Source: Methanotrichaceae archaeon
GTDB lineage: Archaea; Halobacteriota; Methanosarcinia; Methanotrichales; Methanotrichaceae
Length of the DNA stretch: 64,000 nt
Reading direction: 5' to 3'
Assembly (NCBI GenBank): GCA_963748825.1
Contig: CAVVKN010000018.1
Location: 64,001-128,000, forward strand
Shown: positions 32,260 through 43,568 of the stretch, in pieces
How positions within the stretch are numbered: position 1 is the first letter of the stretch
Layout of the letters: every line of letters starts with the position of its first letter
Program-made: the position numbers and the translations under genes
The notes under the pieces: generated by a model
Told to the model about the DNA's origin: nothing
The model's input: the letters and a program-made list of their open reading frames with translations, nothing else
Database searches by the model: none

Positions 32260-35200
32260 ATGCCGCAAGATGCCCCCTCCCCCCAGGGCTTTCGAGTTCT
32301 GGTAATAGTCTCCCGGCCGCTGGACCTGCTGGACCTGCCCAACTTAGCTGACCAGTGGGCCTTGCAGGGCGGCCTGAGACGGGTCCAGGCCCTGGCCTAC
32401 CTGAAGATGCTCCGCCCGCCCACGGTGGAGAGCCTACGCAGCGAGATTTTGAACGGCTACGACATCGTCCACTTCGATGGTCACGGGGACTTCGGACTGC
32501 GCTGCCCTAACTGCGGCGGGCTCCAGTTCGCCACAGCAGAAAGAGTGCGAGCCGCTGCGACGCTCTTCTTGAGGACGAGATGGCGAAGGGCTACTTCGCC
32601 TTCGAGCGAGAGGACGGCAAACTGGACGCTCTTGGCGGCGGAGGAGCTGGCGAAGATCGTCATGAGCGCGCCGGGCAAAGCAACGAAGTTGGTCTTCCTG
32701 AGCGCCTGCGAGTCGGCCAAAGGAGGCGAGGCCAGTCTCTTAAACGCTCTGCTGTCGTAGCGGCGTTCCTGCCGTCCTGGGGATGAATGAGTCCGTTCCA
32801 TTAAAGGCGACCATGGCTCTGACCACGCCCTTTTACGCTGGCCTGGGAGCGGGCATGACCATCGCCCAGGCCTTCCAGAATGCCCTGCCTGCATTTGAAG
32901 AGGTTGGAGAACGGCAGCAAACTGCAGAAGATCCCGGTGCTGGAAGGGCCGGGAAAGGATGTCAAGATTCTGCCGACAAAAGTCAGCGGGAGGGCAAGCT
33001 TTGAGGCGGAGCGGCTCTTCGGCCTTCCCGAGCACGAGTTCGTGGGCGACTACATCCGGGCGATCCGCCGCGCGGGCGCAAGGGGCTTCTCTCTCAGGCC
33101 ATGGATGCTCTTCAGTCCGGAGAAAAGCTGGTCGTCCTCACCGGGCAGGGAGGCATCGGCAAGACAGTGCTGGCCTCGGAAGCGGCCCGGCGGCTGGCCT
33201 GGCGCTATCCGGGCGGCGTCTTCTGGCGGAGCGCTGCCGAACTGGAGACGACTGGGCCTGGAGGAGATGCTTAATGCCTTTGATAATGTCTTTGGACTAG
33301 AGTTCCGGACGCTTCCCCTCGATGCAAAGCGCGACCAGGTTTTGGGCTATCTCAGGAATTACGATACAGCCAGCTTGCTGGTGGTGGATAACGCCGAGAG
33401 CATCCAGGATCAAAATCTTTGGCGCTTCCTGGAGGGCATCCCCCAGCCCAGCGCCGCTCTGGTGACCACGCGGGAGAGCCTGCCGTGCGGGGGCCGGGAG
33501 ATCCGAGTGCCCGAGATGGAGACAGAGGAGGCAGGCAGGCTGCTCATCAGCAGAAGCGCGCCGGCGCTCGCCCAGGTGGGGAGAGCACTTGAGCCCGGCT
33601 GATCTGCAGAGCCTGAATGAGATCGCAGGCTTCATGCAGGGTCATCCACTGGCCATCAAGCTGATTGCGGCGCTCATGACTAGCAGAAGCCTGGCCAGCA
33701 TCAGAGACGAGCTGAGAAGAAATCCACCTAGAGAAGTATCGGATCGTTTTGATGTCTCTTACAGAAGTTTGACAGAAGGGCAGAGAGATCTCTTCTGCCG
33801 CCTGGCGGTCTTCTCTGGCTCCATGACGGAAGAAGCCATGGGAGCATTTGCATTGAGGAAGATCAAAAAGGCAATTGGAACTGGCAGAGCGATCTGGGCG
33901 AACTGGAACGCAGATCCTTCCTGGACAGAATTGAGATAGAGGCTCATGATGATTCGGGCAATGAGGTCACGCTCTATCGCTACCGCCTGCATCCGCTCAT
34001 GCGCCAGTATGCTGCCGGAAAAGCTGGAGAAGAGCTTCTGGCCAGATTTAGATCGAAGGCTGCTGATTATTTTATGGGATATGCTCAACATTTTAATAAT
34101 AGCTACGATATGCTTGAGATGGAAAAGGGAAATATTCTTTCTTGCATGGAATGGGCTAATCGATGAGATTCGCATGATCCAGATCGGAATTCATAAACTG
34201 GGAAATTGTCTCAAAGAATTGGCAATTATGCGAGAAGCTCGCAAGCTTTACGAACATGCAATAGGCTGTGGAGGACTTGCTCCGCATAAGGAGTTGGGAC
34301 AACGGCATCGAGTAGCTAGGCAGCTCAGGATAGATCAGTACCTTCAGTAACCTATCCTTTCGCTTTCTCGTCGATGCTATTGTTTCATCCAGCATCACAT
34401 AACCTGTTTTGGCTGTGGGCGAGAAGATGAAATCAAAGAGCCACTCAAGATATACCCCAAAACCACAATCAGGATTCTCTTTAAAATCCGCCAGCAGTTC
34501 ATAATAGTGCCATAGCCGATCGATAAAACCACTCAGCAGAGTTCTATGTTGTTCAAGAACGGGTGTTAGTTTCCTATAATGCCGTATCTCATGTATCCAG
34601 CATAACCCCTGCTTTGAAGATATGGAATGGAATTGCTGGGCAGCATCCGAAACCATTGGCTTGTCTATTTGCTCGCCTTCTTTCAATCCGAAAATGGGTC
34701 TCAAATCATCTTTGCTTTTTCCGCCTAGAATGAAGAACGAGCCGAACTGATCATTGCACACCACGTCCAGATAATGATTTTTCCCTGCGTGCCTGGCACC
34801 AGTGTCATCTATCTGAAAGTAATCTGCGTTCTCCATACCGGTTTTGAATATCGCATTTTTTTCGGCGGTAAATTCTTCGCGCTTCTCTTCGATCATGATG
34901 TTTGAGATCGTGCCTTCAGAGATGATGGTGCCGATGCTCTCCAAGATCTTCTGGATTTTGTTCTCGGTTACTCTTCCCAGGTTATGGAGGGTGATCGCGA
35001 ATGCTTTCAGGCGGCTTCCAAAACTGGTCCCTTGCAGATCCTTTGGAAGTTTCGCTTCGAAGGTCTTTTTTAAGGAAGGCGAATAGAATCGCTCAAGAAG
35101 GCACTCCATGTTGCATGTTTTAAATGCAATGTCTTGAATAACTACGCTGCGAAAACCCTTTGGAATCGCATCATCTGGAAGAATGCTCCTATCGACGCAG

Positions 35201-36318
35201 AACTTCTGAATGCGATCTATCTTGACTCTGGTTATTTTGGCTTCTTTTTTCCAGGGTTTGGATTTACCTACTTGATGATTGGGTTTGTCACGAGGAATAT
35301 CAGGAACGTTTGGCAGTATCTTTGGTTTGTCTAGATGCTTTAGATCAGAGGTCGGCATTCAAAATATTGAGCATGTTCAGCTTTACCAGCAAAGTATGAA
35401 AATTAGTCGGGAATTATGGGATGTGAGAGGAGAATCTGGCTCGCTTCATAATTTAGGCGTTCTTGCCTATGTTTGCGGTGATTACGCCGAGGCCCGAAAT
35501 CACCTTTACCAGAGCTTGGAAATTGATCAAGAATTGGATGATAAAAGGGGGGTGGCTAATTCTTTAAATCATTTGGGTTTAGTGGCTCAAGCAATCGGCG
35601 ACTATAACGAGGCCTGCAAGCTCTATCAGCAGAGCCTAAAAATAAAGTTGGATATAGGAGAAAAGAGAGGTGCATCCAGTTCGCTTATCAACTTGGGCAA
35701 TCTGGCCCAGGCAACTGGCAACTATGAAGGGGCCCGGAAGTTCTATCAGCAGAGTGTGGAAATTGATCAAGAATTAGGTGATAGGAGCGGAGAAGCTAGA
35801 TCGTTGCTCAACTTGGGCACTCTAGCCCAGGCAACTGGAAATTATGACAAGGCCCGGGACCTCTACCAGCAGAGCTTGAAAATTGATCAAGAAATGGGTA
35901 ACAAAAGAAGCGTGGCCAAATTGCTGAACAACTTAGGGACCTTGGCTCAGATCACTTGCAACTATGATTATGCTAGCATACTCTATCAAGAGAGCTTGAA
36001 AGTTGATCAGGAAATAGGTGATAAAAGAGGTGTGGCTAGTTCTCTTCACAACTTGGGCGCAATATCCCAGGTCACCGGCGACTATGCCGAGGCCCAAAAG
36101 CTCTACCAGCAGAGCATGAAAATTATGCAGGAACTAGGCGACAAGAGCGGCATTGCTCTCACCCAGGCACAACTAGCATCTCTGGAAGAGAAAATGGGGA
36201 ATAAGAAAGTCGGCTTTGCAGCTCATTCTTCAGGCTGAGGCGAGCTTTTCTGGAACTGGGTAGCCCCTACGCAAAACTGGCCGGAGAGGTCAGGCAAAGA
36301 CTGGATCAAAATCAATGA
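32260..36318 (+). pseudogene. CHAT caspase-like protease + NB-ARC/STAND ATPase + TPR array; several frameshifts and an IS insertion
   Basis: HFDGHG and LSACES catalytic motifs; GQGGIGKT Walker A, LLVVDNAE Walker B, LVTTRE, GHPLAI; about seven 40-aa TPRs (SLxNLG..AQATGNY..AR.LYQQSL.I.QELGD). Confidence 0.85.
34252..35378 (-). mobile_element. IS66-like insertion sequence with internally deleted transposase
   Basis: Terminal inverted repeats GAACATGC...GCATGTTC; 8-bp direct repeat AGCTTTAC at 34244-34251 and 35379-35386; transposase motifs IDDTGARH, VSDA, LCWIHEIRHY. Confidence 0.85.
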
Positions 36319-36333
36319 GATAGGAGAACGATC

Positions 36334-36549
36334 ATGCTCAAGATACAATGCTTCAATGAGAAATGCACTGCACCAGGCCGAATATTTCAGTGGAATGAGC
36401 GTCCACACTTAGAGGCAGACGGTAGGCTGGCCAAAGAAGGAGACGAAGGAGCGGTATCGTTTGTTGAGCTATGCCCATCCTGTGGCACCAGGAACAAGAT
36501 TCCGGGTGACAAAGGTGCAAGAGAACGACGTAAGAAGGAAATGATTTAG
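36334..36549 (+). CDS. Small zinc-ribbon protein
   Basis: CFNEKC...CPSCG; GGAG RBS; starts 15 bp after the TPR gene stop. Confidence 0.7.
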   Translation: MLKIQCFNEKCTAPGRIFQWNERPHLEADGRLAKEGDEGAVSFVELCPSCGTRNKIPGDKGARERRKKEMI

Positions 36550-36567
36550 ATTGGGGAGGACACAGAT

Positions 36568-37048
36568 ATGCCAGACAATGCAGACGCACCGGACGCCATC
36601 GGCGAGCCCGTCACCGAGCTGGACGAGTTCTGGCTGGAGACGGCCAGGACCGCAGTCCGTGAGTCCATCGCCTCTCTGGAGGAGGCGGCCAAGCAGCTCA
36701 TCGGGGCTGTGACCCTGGTGGAGGGCATCTATTTTGCTGCCATATCCTTCAGCGACCTGCGAAAAGTCATGGCTGTGCAGGGCATGGAGGCGTGATTTTC
36801 GCATCCTGCTCTTCGTGAGCCCCATCGTCCTGTGGCTCGTCTGCCTCTTCTTTGCGGTGCGGGTCTTCACACCCGAGACCTACAAGACAAACCTCAACTC
36901 GCCCCAGCTTGCCGAGAAGTTCTACCGGGAGATGGTCGGCTACAAGCACCGCAATTTGAAGAGGGCCTACTGGGCGCTGCTGGCCGGGTTTGTGCCGCTG
37001 GTATTCGCCGTGGTGTTCTACCTCAAGCTCCTGGACGGGCCGGGCTGA
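36568..37048 (+). CDS. Three-TM membrane protein with Pycsar-effector-like topology; frameshift near 36790
   Basis: SIASLEEAAKQLIGAVTLVEGIYFAAISF / LWLVCLFFAVRVFTP / YKHRNLKRAYWALLAGFVPLVFAVVFY; GGAGG RBS. Confidence 0.65.
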
Positions 37049-37389
37049 AGGCTTTGCTCTGGTACCACTCGTTGTTTCGAGCGGGATCCCGAATGGGAAT
37101 TGGCCAGAATTTTAAAAGGCAAATGGACTTCGTCCTGATCGATTTTTGCACATAGAAATTCCACCAGAGTCGCGGCAAAGTGGCCCAGGATCATCCTCTT
37201 TCAGGCTCCCGTGCTTGCGGGCAGGGCGGGCGCGTCGGGGCTTACGGGCTGGGCAAGCAAATCAGAGATAACAGGAATGGAGCCTGCAATAGCAGGTCTA
37301 AGGCCTGGACGTATTTGACTTCCGTAACATCAATCTAGGAAAGCCTCGCCAGAAAGGATCTGATCTATCTGATACAGAATTGGCAGAAT

Positions 37390-37470
37390 TTGCTTTTTCA
37401 AGATATCCCAGAGTATCTCTTCATCCAGGCCGAAGTACCTGTGAACAGAGATATCCCTTCCAAGCCTGGC
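37390..37470 (-). pseudogene. HepT/DUF86 HEPN RNase fragment
   Basis: RDISVHRYFGLDEEILWDIL (RxxxxH motif). Confidence 0.6.
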
Positions 37471-37650
37471 AGAGGACCATAGACAGAGTTTTGTCAGAAA
37501 TTAATGTGCAGTTGTTCAGCCATTACTGGCCGAACTCCCACCCTAGATCAATAGGCTGATCCTCCTCCCTGCTGGCGGTCTGTTTTTATTGCCTCTGCAT
37601 GCCATACCTATCTCCGATGGCCGGCTCCTCTGCCAGCGTTACTGCATAAG

Positions 37651-37800
37651 CTATCAGCTTGCGAGACAGGATTGATCGATGTTATGAAGGGCAGCGCAGA
37701 GGAGTTTGTTGGCCTTCCTGCGGGGTTTATGCTTGCGGGAGTTCCCTGTGTTGTGAGCAGCCTCTGGTCGGTACCGGATATCTCCACTGCCCTTCTGATA
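37651..37800 (+). pseudogene. Second CHAT-domain fragment
   Basis: LSACETGLIDVMKGSAEEFVGLPAGFMLAGVPCVVSSLWSVPDISTALL. Confidence 0.8.
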
Positions 37801-38733
37801 CCAGCATCCTATAGTTGAGGCCTGAAATAATTATATCTAAACACTTGCGTGTGGCCAGCCTGTCCTTGTGGGTGGGGTATATTTCGGGCCGCACGACCGG
37901 TTCTCCGGGATTCAGAAATCATCGGGTCTTCGTTGCTCAGATCTTATTCACGATCCTCTGTGCTCACGAAATAATAAACCTTCAGCAATACCTACTTTGA
38001 ATATTGAGATAATGTCAATGAACATATTATTTCAGCGAGTTGATCCATTTCGCGCAGCAAAGTGGCTAGTGAATCCCAATGACTGAGCTTGCAGGTTGAA
38101 CTTGCTGGTAAAAACATGTGGGCATCCCGTCCTCCACATGGCCATATACCGGTAATTACTTCCAAGTTGCAAGCTGCGGGGCATCAAAGGCGCCGCCGCA
38201 TGATATTCTGTATTTCACAAAATCACCTCTTTTGAAACTAATATGTTCAGTAACCTTAAGAACTTTTGCATTTAAGATACACTAATTAATTTTATATTGG
38301 AGTTAATTTTTTCTAAAAAATATAAAGATAATTAGAGCCAATTCCGTTATCAATCGGACTTTTGTCGCATTGGCATAATAATCTAGGCGGAAGAAATTTC
38401 TCTGCTAAATGTGATTAATTATCAATTTTTTTTATCTCATAAATTAGAAACCAAATTTCTTAATACTATTATTATGTGGATTGCAGATAGCTTCGCGAAT
38501 AAACTGCTAAATTATTTTGTAATTATGCCTGTATTTCCTATCGTATTAATACTGAAACCATTAGCTTTATTTTTACAGAGTTCGGTTTCATTTTTAATAC
38601 TATTATCTCTATTACAACTACGATCATTTTCTTGAATATCCATATGATATAATCCAACAATTGCTTTCGATATGTTTATATCCCTTAAAGGCAAATTCTT
38701 CGTATACTCAATAGAGTATAGGGGTGAATTAGA

Positions 38734-39615
38734 ATGAAGGGAGTAGTAATAGCGACAGCTTTAATTCTAATGCTATGCTGTTGTACCGCATTGGCCAACC
38801 CACCATTGGTTCCGCCAGTACAGTACGAACAGTTTTGTGAAGCACAGAAGGTATCCGGAAACGGCGTTATCGATGTCAGTACCTCAATAGTCGATAAGAA
38901 GATCGCTCTGGAGTACTTCAACAACATGGCCGGAGACGGCGATTTCGAGCTTGACCAGGAGCATGCTTACTCGCAAAATTCCGATAAGCTGCTGAGAAAT
39001 ATAACCTCTGTCAACGGTGGAAACGAGTCTGAGCTCAATCTATTTGAGCAGACCAAGCTCACCTACGCCAGCAAGGACACGCCTCTTATGGGTGAGAAGT
39101 TCCTGCATTCCAAGGCGTTTTACGGAGGCATAGGTGCGAAGATCAAGGAGTCTTTTGCGGTTTATGAAATGGAGAAGGATCAGACCTCTTTCTTTGTCTC
39201 AACCACGCCCTACAATCCCCAGGAACCGCCGGCAACGCCTGTCTGCCAGGACTACTTGCAGCTTCTGGCATTGTACTATCCACGGGAATATGCCCAGTAC
39301 ATGGCACAGACCACGCACACCATAACTCCTGAGCAGCTCATTAAGGAGCTCAAGGATGCGGGAAGGGACACTGCCCGAGTGGCTGCCCTCATGGGCAACA
39401 ATCCGGCCCACGTTATCGGCCTTGAGACCAAGAATACCTTCAACGGCACATGGGGAACAGATGCTACATGGCATAAGATATTCTACAAGGATATCAACGC
39501 CCACGAGATGTTCTCCGGAACATTCGAGGCAGAGAAGACCATCAAGTTCCATGAGAATCCCGTGCCCGAAAAGGAAGGAGGACACCACCTTGCTTGCGAC
39601 GGCATAGATTGCTAG
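38734..39615 (+). CDS. Secreted beta-rich hypothetical protein
   Basis: Signal peptide, 293 aa, ends CDGIDC; shares motifs with 52548-53021. Confidence 0.8.
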   Translation: MKGVVIATALILMLCCCTALANPPLVPPVQYEQFCEAQKVSGNGVIDVSTSIVDKKIALEYFNNMAGDGDFELDQEHAYSQNSDKLLRNITSVNGGNESELNLFEQTKLTYASKDTPLMGEKFLHSKAFYGGIGAKIKESFAVYEMEKDQTSFFVSTTPYNPQEPPATPVCQDYLQLLALYYPREYAQYMAQTTHTITPEQLIKELKDAGRDTARVAALMGNNPAHVIGLETKNTFNGTWGTDATWHKIFYKDINAHEMFSGTFEAEKTIKFHENPVPEKEGGHHLACDGIDC

Positions 39616-39936
39616 AAAACCGGCATTCTAGCTCTTTCATCTTTTTTCGCAGTTTTCTTTCCTCATTCGATTATAATATTCTGGGTGAGTTTTGGTACTC
39701 GCAAGTCCCGATCTCGTTGTCATTTCGCAGGGAAAACTCTTGAGGCCAACTATGTACGGGAAAACTTATGTGCAAATCAAGAGGCGAGGCCGAGGCAATT
39801 TTGTTTGTTGTTTGGTCTTTAGTAGAAAGCCTGTGTGCTCACAACTCATAAGCCAATAATGCAACTGCTTTGCCCGCAAAAAATAGAAAGGAGATCCTTA
39901 GATTTAATCTCCCTGATTTCATTGTCTTTATTCTTT

Positions 39937-40536
39937 TTACACTGGGCCGAGTGGTGCTACAACTTTCTTGTAGACCTCGTTGAGGACCTGGGCCAAGCCA
40001 GCGTAAACGGCAGACAGTCCGCAGATGATTCCCTCATATCCTGCCAGCGTTCCTATTGCAGCACTGCCCAGGTAATCTCGGGCGGCAAGCAAGAAGAAAA
40101 GGATGGTTAGCGAGAGGAAGACGAACTGCAGGGCTCTGTTGATGCGCAGCGTACCCAGGAACATAACAAATGTGAAAAGCCCCCACATAAAGAAGTATGC
40201 TGCAAAAGCTATCTTGGATGTGGCTTCAGCAAGTCCAAGCTTAGGCAGAAACAGCAAGCCCACCAATGAGAGCCAGAAAAGGCCGTAGGATGTGAAGGCG
40301 GTAGTTCCAAAGGTGTTGTTCTTCTTCCATTCCATTATTCCTGCAATAATCTGGGCGAGGCCGCCGTAGAATATCCCCATGGCCAAAATCATGGAGTTCA
40401 GCTCGTAGTATCCGGCATTGTGGATATTCAGCAGTATCGTAGTCAATCCGAAACCAAGCAGGCCAAGAGGCGCTGGATTGGCGGTAGTGTCTTTGAGGAT
40501 CAGAGTATCTATCGTTTGCTTCCTCGTTTCTTGCAT
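39937..40536 (-). CDS. satP: Acetate uptake transporter (SatP/Ady2/GPR1-FUN34-YaaH)
   Basis: [34 protein letters not shown]. Confidence 0.93.
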   Translation of the reverse strand: MQETRKQTIDTLILKDTTANPAPLGLLGFGLTTILLNIHNAGYYELNSMILAMGIFYGGLAQIIAGIMEWKKNNTFGTTAFTSYGLFWLSLVGLLFLPKLGLAEATSKIAFAAYFFMWGLFTFVMFLGTLRINRALQFVFLSLTILFFLLAARDYLGSAAIGTLAGYEGIICGLSAVYAGLAQVLNEVYKKVVAPLGPV

Positions 40537-40809
40537 AGTCTTATTTCCCTCCTGAATCTTCTTCAGTCGGTTCTTAATATTAAATTGTTACCCTTAGAAT
40601 ATAAATTAATAATAGTGTTTAATGTTGAGAGTTATTTCGAAAAAGAAATCTTTTTGTAATGTAAATCAGGATTTATAAGTAAAAATAGGTTGCATAGGTC
40701 TATCATTGTTGTAAGACCGCTTCCACCTTTAGCCTTTATTCATTTTTTCTCCCCTTCTTTTATAAGACTTATGATACTGAAAATCATGCCCTTCGCGAAA
40801 TCTTATGTG

Positions 40810-41369
40810 AAAAACATCAAAAAAGTGAAGCGGGGCATTGTAGATACGATTTCAGCTCGTCATTCTGCCAGGATTTTAAAAAAAAGGGTCTCGAACCACA
40901 CTTGATTCGCTACTGGCTAACACCTGCGCCGGACGAACGGTTTGACGAAAAGGTAGACGACATCAATTCATTGTACCAACAAGCCCAGAATTTAGCTCAA
41001 AAAGGTGAAGTTGTAATGAGCATCGATGAAATGACGGGGGTTCAAGCTCTCGAACGCAAACACCCTGGATTGCCAATGGCACCAGGAAAAGTGGAACGAA
41101 GAGAGTTTGAGTACGTCAGGCATGGAACTCAATCATTCATCGTGAGCTTTGCGGTAGCCAGCGGACGGATTGACACCATTTCTTGCGGCGATACGCGCAA
41201 TGAAGATGACTTCGTATCGCATATCAAGGAGGTGGTTGAAAGCTCTTTATCCGCATCCCGCTGGCACTTTGTCGCTGACAACCTCAATATCCATAAATCA
41301 GAATCCCTCGTGAGGTATGTGGCCGATAGTACTAGGGATTTCCTTTCTGATCCAAGCTCAAATCTTTAG
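40810..41369 (+). mobile_element. IS630-family transposase remnant
   Basis: ISARHSARILKK, then an A-run frameshift, then PHLIRYWL; SIDEMTG, EYVRHGT, ADNLNIH; both ends truncated. Confidence 0.8.
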
Positions 41370-41706
41370 GCTAATGCTAAGCATTTCGCCTTTTAGAGCG
41401 TTGATAATTTTATAGAATGATATAATTTTTTCTTTTTTCTTTTTCAATCCGCTGTCAAAGCATAAAGATAAGACACTCTCGAAGAAAATTCTCAGAGCGT
41501 TATACAGAAAAATTTATATATGACCAGCGATAAGATATATATAGATCCGGGATTTCTTAAGCGATTTTTAAGTCATCCATCCCCTCAAGATGAATAGACC
41601 CGGATCTTCTCCTTAAATATCTCAAGAATCATTATGCAATTCTTCATCGCACATCTGAAATCCCTTTCGGATGCGTTTGGCTTAAATTCTCATCTTTCCT
41701 GGATAT

Positions 41707-42105
41707 ATGATTATGATCGAGATCAAGACAGGGAAACCAGTGGATGTTGTTGATATCACAGATCACGTTGAGCGAACTATGCGAGAGAGCGGCGTAGAAA
41801 ACGGCATCTGTCTGGTCTATTCTCTTCATACAACTACTGGATTGACCGTCAATGAAGCGGACGGCGCATTGATAAACGATATCTTGGACCTTCTGCAGAG
41901 AATTGCTCCTAAGGGTGCAGGCTACCAGCATGATCGGGGCGACGGCAATGCTCATGCCCATTTGCAGGCAACCTTGCTTGGAAATAGTGTCATCATTCCC
42001 GTTGAGATGAGGAGACTGGCCCTGGGGACGTGGCAGAGGATTCTCTTCTTCGAATTGGACGGGCCCAGACGGAGAAGCATTTTTGTTCGGGTGCTGGCCG
42101 ATTGA
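41707..42105 (+). CDS. yjbQ: YjbQ/UPF0047 family protein
   Basis: HTTTGLTVNE, NAHAHL, LGTWQRI..ELDGPR. Confidence 0.9.
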   Translation: MIMIEIKTGKPVDVVDITDHVERTMRESGVENGICLVYSLHTTTGLTVNEADGALINDILDLLQRIAPKGAGYQHDRGDGNAHAHLQATLLGNSVIIPVEMRRLALGTWQRILFFELDGPRRRSIFVRVLAD

Positions 42106-42153
42106 TGCGCTAAAAAAATACTAAATGAGGGAAAAATCCCTCGAGCCTTCAGC

Positions 42154-43026
42154 TTATTTGAATATGGTCGTGCCCGTGGTCATGGTCAGCTCTTTGAAGG
42201 CCGCCATGAGATCCTTTGTGATGGTTCCGGGCTTGCCGGTGCCTACGACCCTGCCGTCGACCTTGGTAACGGGCGCAACCTCTGCTGCTGTGCCTGTAAC
42301 GAAGACCTCGTCTGCCGTGTAAAGGTCAAACAGACCTAGATCCCTCTCCATGATTTCGTTTCCGCGGCCCTTGGACAGCTCCATGACCGCTTCTCTGGTT
42401 ATGCCCTTGAGATTGTTTACGGTAAAGGGTGTGTAGATCTTACCGCCTTTAATGATGAATATATTGTCTCCGCTTCCCTCAGACAGCAACCCACGGGAAT
42501 CGAGGATGATGGCCTCATTGCCGCCTTTGATATTGGCCTCAATCTTTGCCAGGATATTGTTCAGATAGTTGAGGCTCTTGATGTTGGGCGGCAGGCTGTC
42601 CGGTGAATTTCTGCGCACAGTGACGCTTATTGCCGTGAGGCCAACCTCGTAAAGGTCTCCATACATTGCCCCCCACTCGACGGCAATGATGATGATCGAA
42701 GCCAAGCTGCACTTATTAGGATCCAAGCCCAGGTCACCGAAACCTCTGGTAACAATGGGCCGGATATAAGCATCACGCAGGTTATTCTTCCTCAGCGTCT
42801 CCAGGATTGCCTCGCACATTTCCTCTTCGCTCATAGGAACGCAGAGCAAGATGGCTTTTGCCGAGTCAAAGAGCCTTTTGACATGGTCCTCTAGCCGGAA
42901 GACGCGCCCTCCATAGGCTCTTATGCCCTCAAAGACTCCGTCTCCATAGAGAAATCCGTGATCGAAGACCGAAACCGCAGCCTGTTCCGCCGGAACAAAC
43001 TTTCCGTTAAGATAAATTAGGTTCAT
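42154..43026 (-). CDS. ilvE: Branched-chain amino acid aminotransferase
   Basis: [39 protein letters not shown]. Confidence 0.95.
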   Translation of the reverse strand: MNLIYLNGKFVPAEQAAVSVFDHGFLYGDGVFEGIRAYGGRVFRLEDHVKRLFDSAKAILLCVPMSEEEMCEAILETLRKNNLRDAYIRPIVTRGFGDLGLDPNKCSLASIIIIAVEWGAMYGDLYEVGLTAISVTVRRNSPDSLPPNIKSLNYLNNILAKIEANIKGGNEAIILDSRGLLSEGSGDNIFIIKGGKIYTPFTVNNLKGITREAVMELSKGRGNEIMERDLGLFDLYTADEVFVTGTAAEVAPVTKVDGRVVGTGKPGTITKDLMAAFKELTMTTGTTIFK

Positions 43027-43154
43027 AGAGCATCTCGTCACCGGACAATTGCCGAGGATAAATGCATTTTGATCGTTTTGATTATGAGTGAATCGATGGG
43101 TTTATTAGTGAAGAAAGGAAGGAGGGTGCCTACTTTTAACGGGGTTTGGAGCTT

Positions 43155-43565
43155 ATGGCAAGACTTGGTTTCGTAGTCTCGGAGTTCAATAGGGACATTA
43201 CCTATCAGATGGAGCTATTGGGCAGAGAGCATGCCCGGTTCCTGGGAGCAGAGGTCGCTACAGTCTTTTATGTTCCCGGAGTTTATGATATGCCCATTGC
43301 GGTGAAGAAGCTGCTTCGTCGCGAGGACATCGATGCGGTCGTGACAATTGGCTGCGTCATTCAGGGGGAGACCGCTCATGATGAAATTGTGGCCTCTCAA
43401 GCGGCCCGAAAGCTGATGGATCTGTCCCTCGAGTTTGACAAGCCAGTGACTCTTGGCATAACCGGCCCCAAGATGTCCCGGCCGGATGCCCACAAGCGCG
43501 TGGATTATGCCAAGCGAGCAGTTGAGGCGGCGGTCAAGCTTTTGCAAAGGCTGGATGGTGTTTAG
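43155..43565 (+). CDS. ribH: 6,7-dimethyl-8-ribityllumazine synthase
   Basis: [29 protein letters not shown]. Confidence 0.93.
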   Translation: MARLGFVVSEFNRDITYQMELLGREHARFLGAEVATVFYVPGVYDMPIAVKKLLRREDIDAVVTIGCVIQGETAHDEIVASQAARKLMDLSLEFDKPVTLGITGPKMSRPDAHKRVDYAKRAVEAAVKLLQRLDGV

Positions 43566-43568
43566 ACC

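Noticed and set aside
34316-35334. CTAG at both internal deletion junctions of the IS (and near 41332 and 52101) as a site-specific deletion signature
   Set aside because: At least some CTAGs read as ordinary codons (CTA GAC, ACT AGG); exact breakpoints cannot be fixed without an intact copy, and 4-mers match by chance
35400-36170. Periodic ~120-bp repeats as a CRISPR array or DGR
   Set aside because: They are in-frame 40-aa TPR coding repeats with no unique spacers, and no reverse transcriptase is nearby
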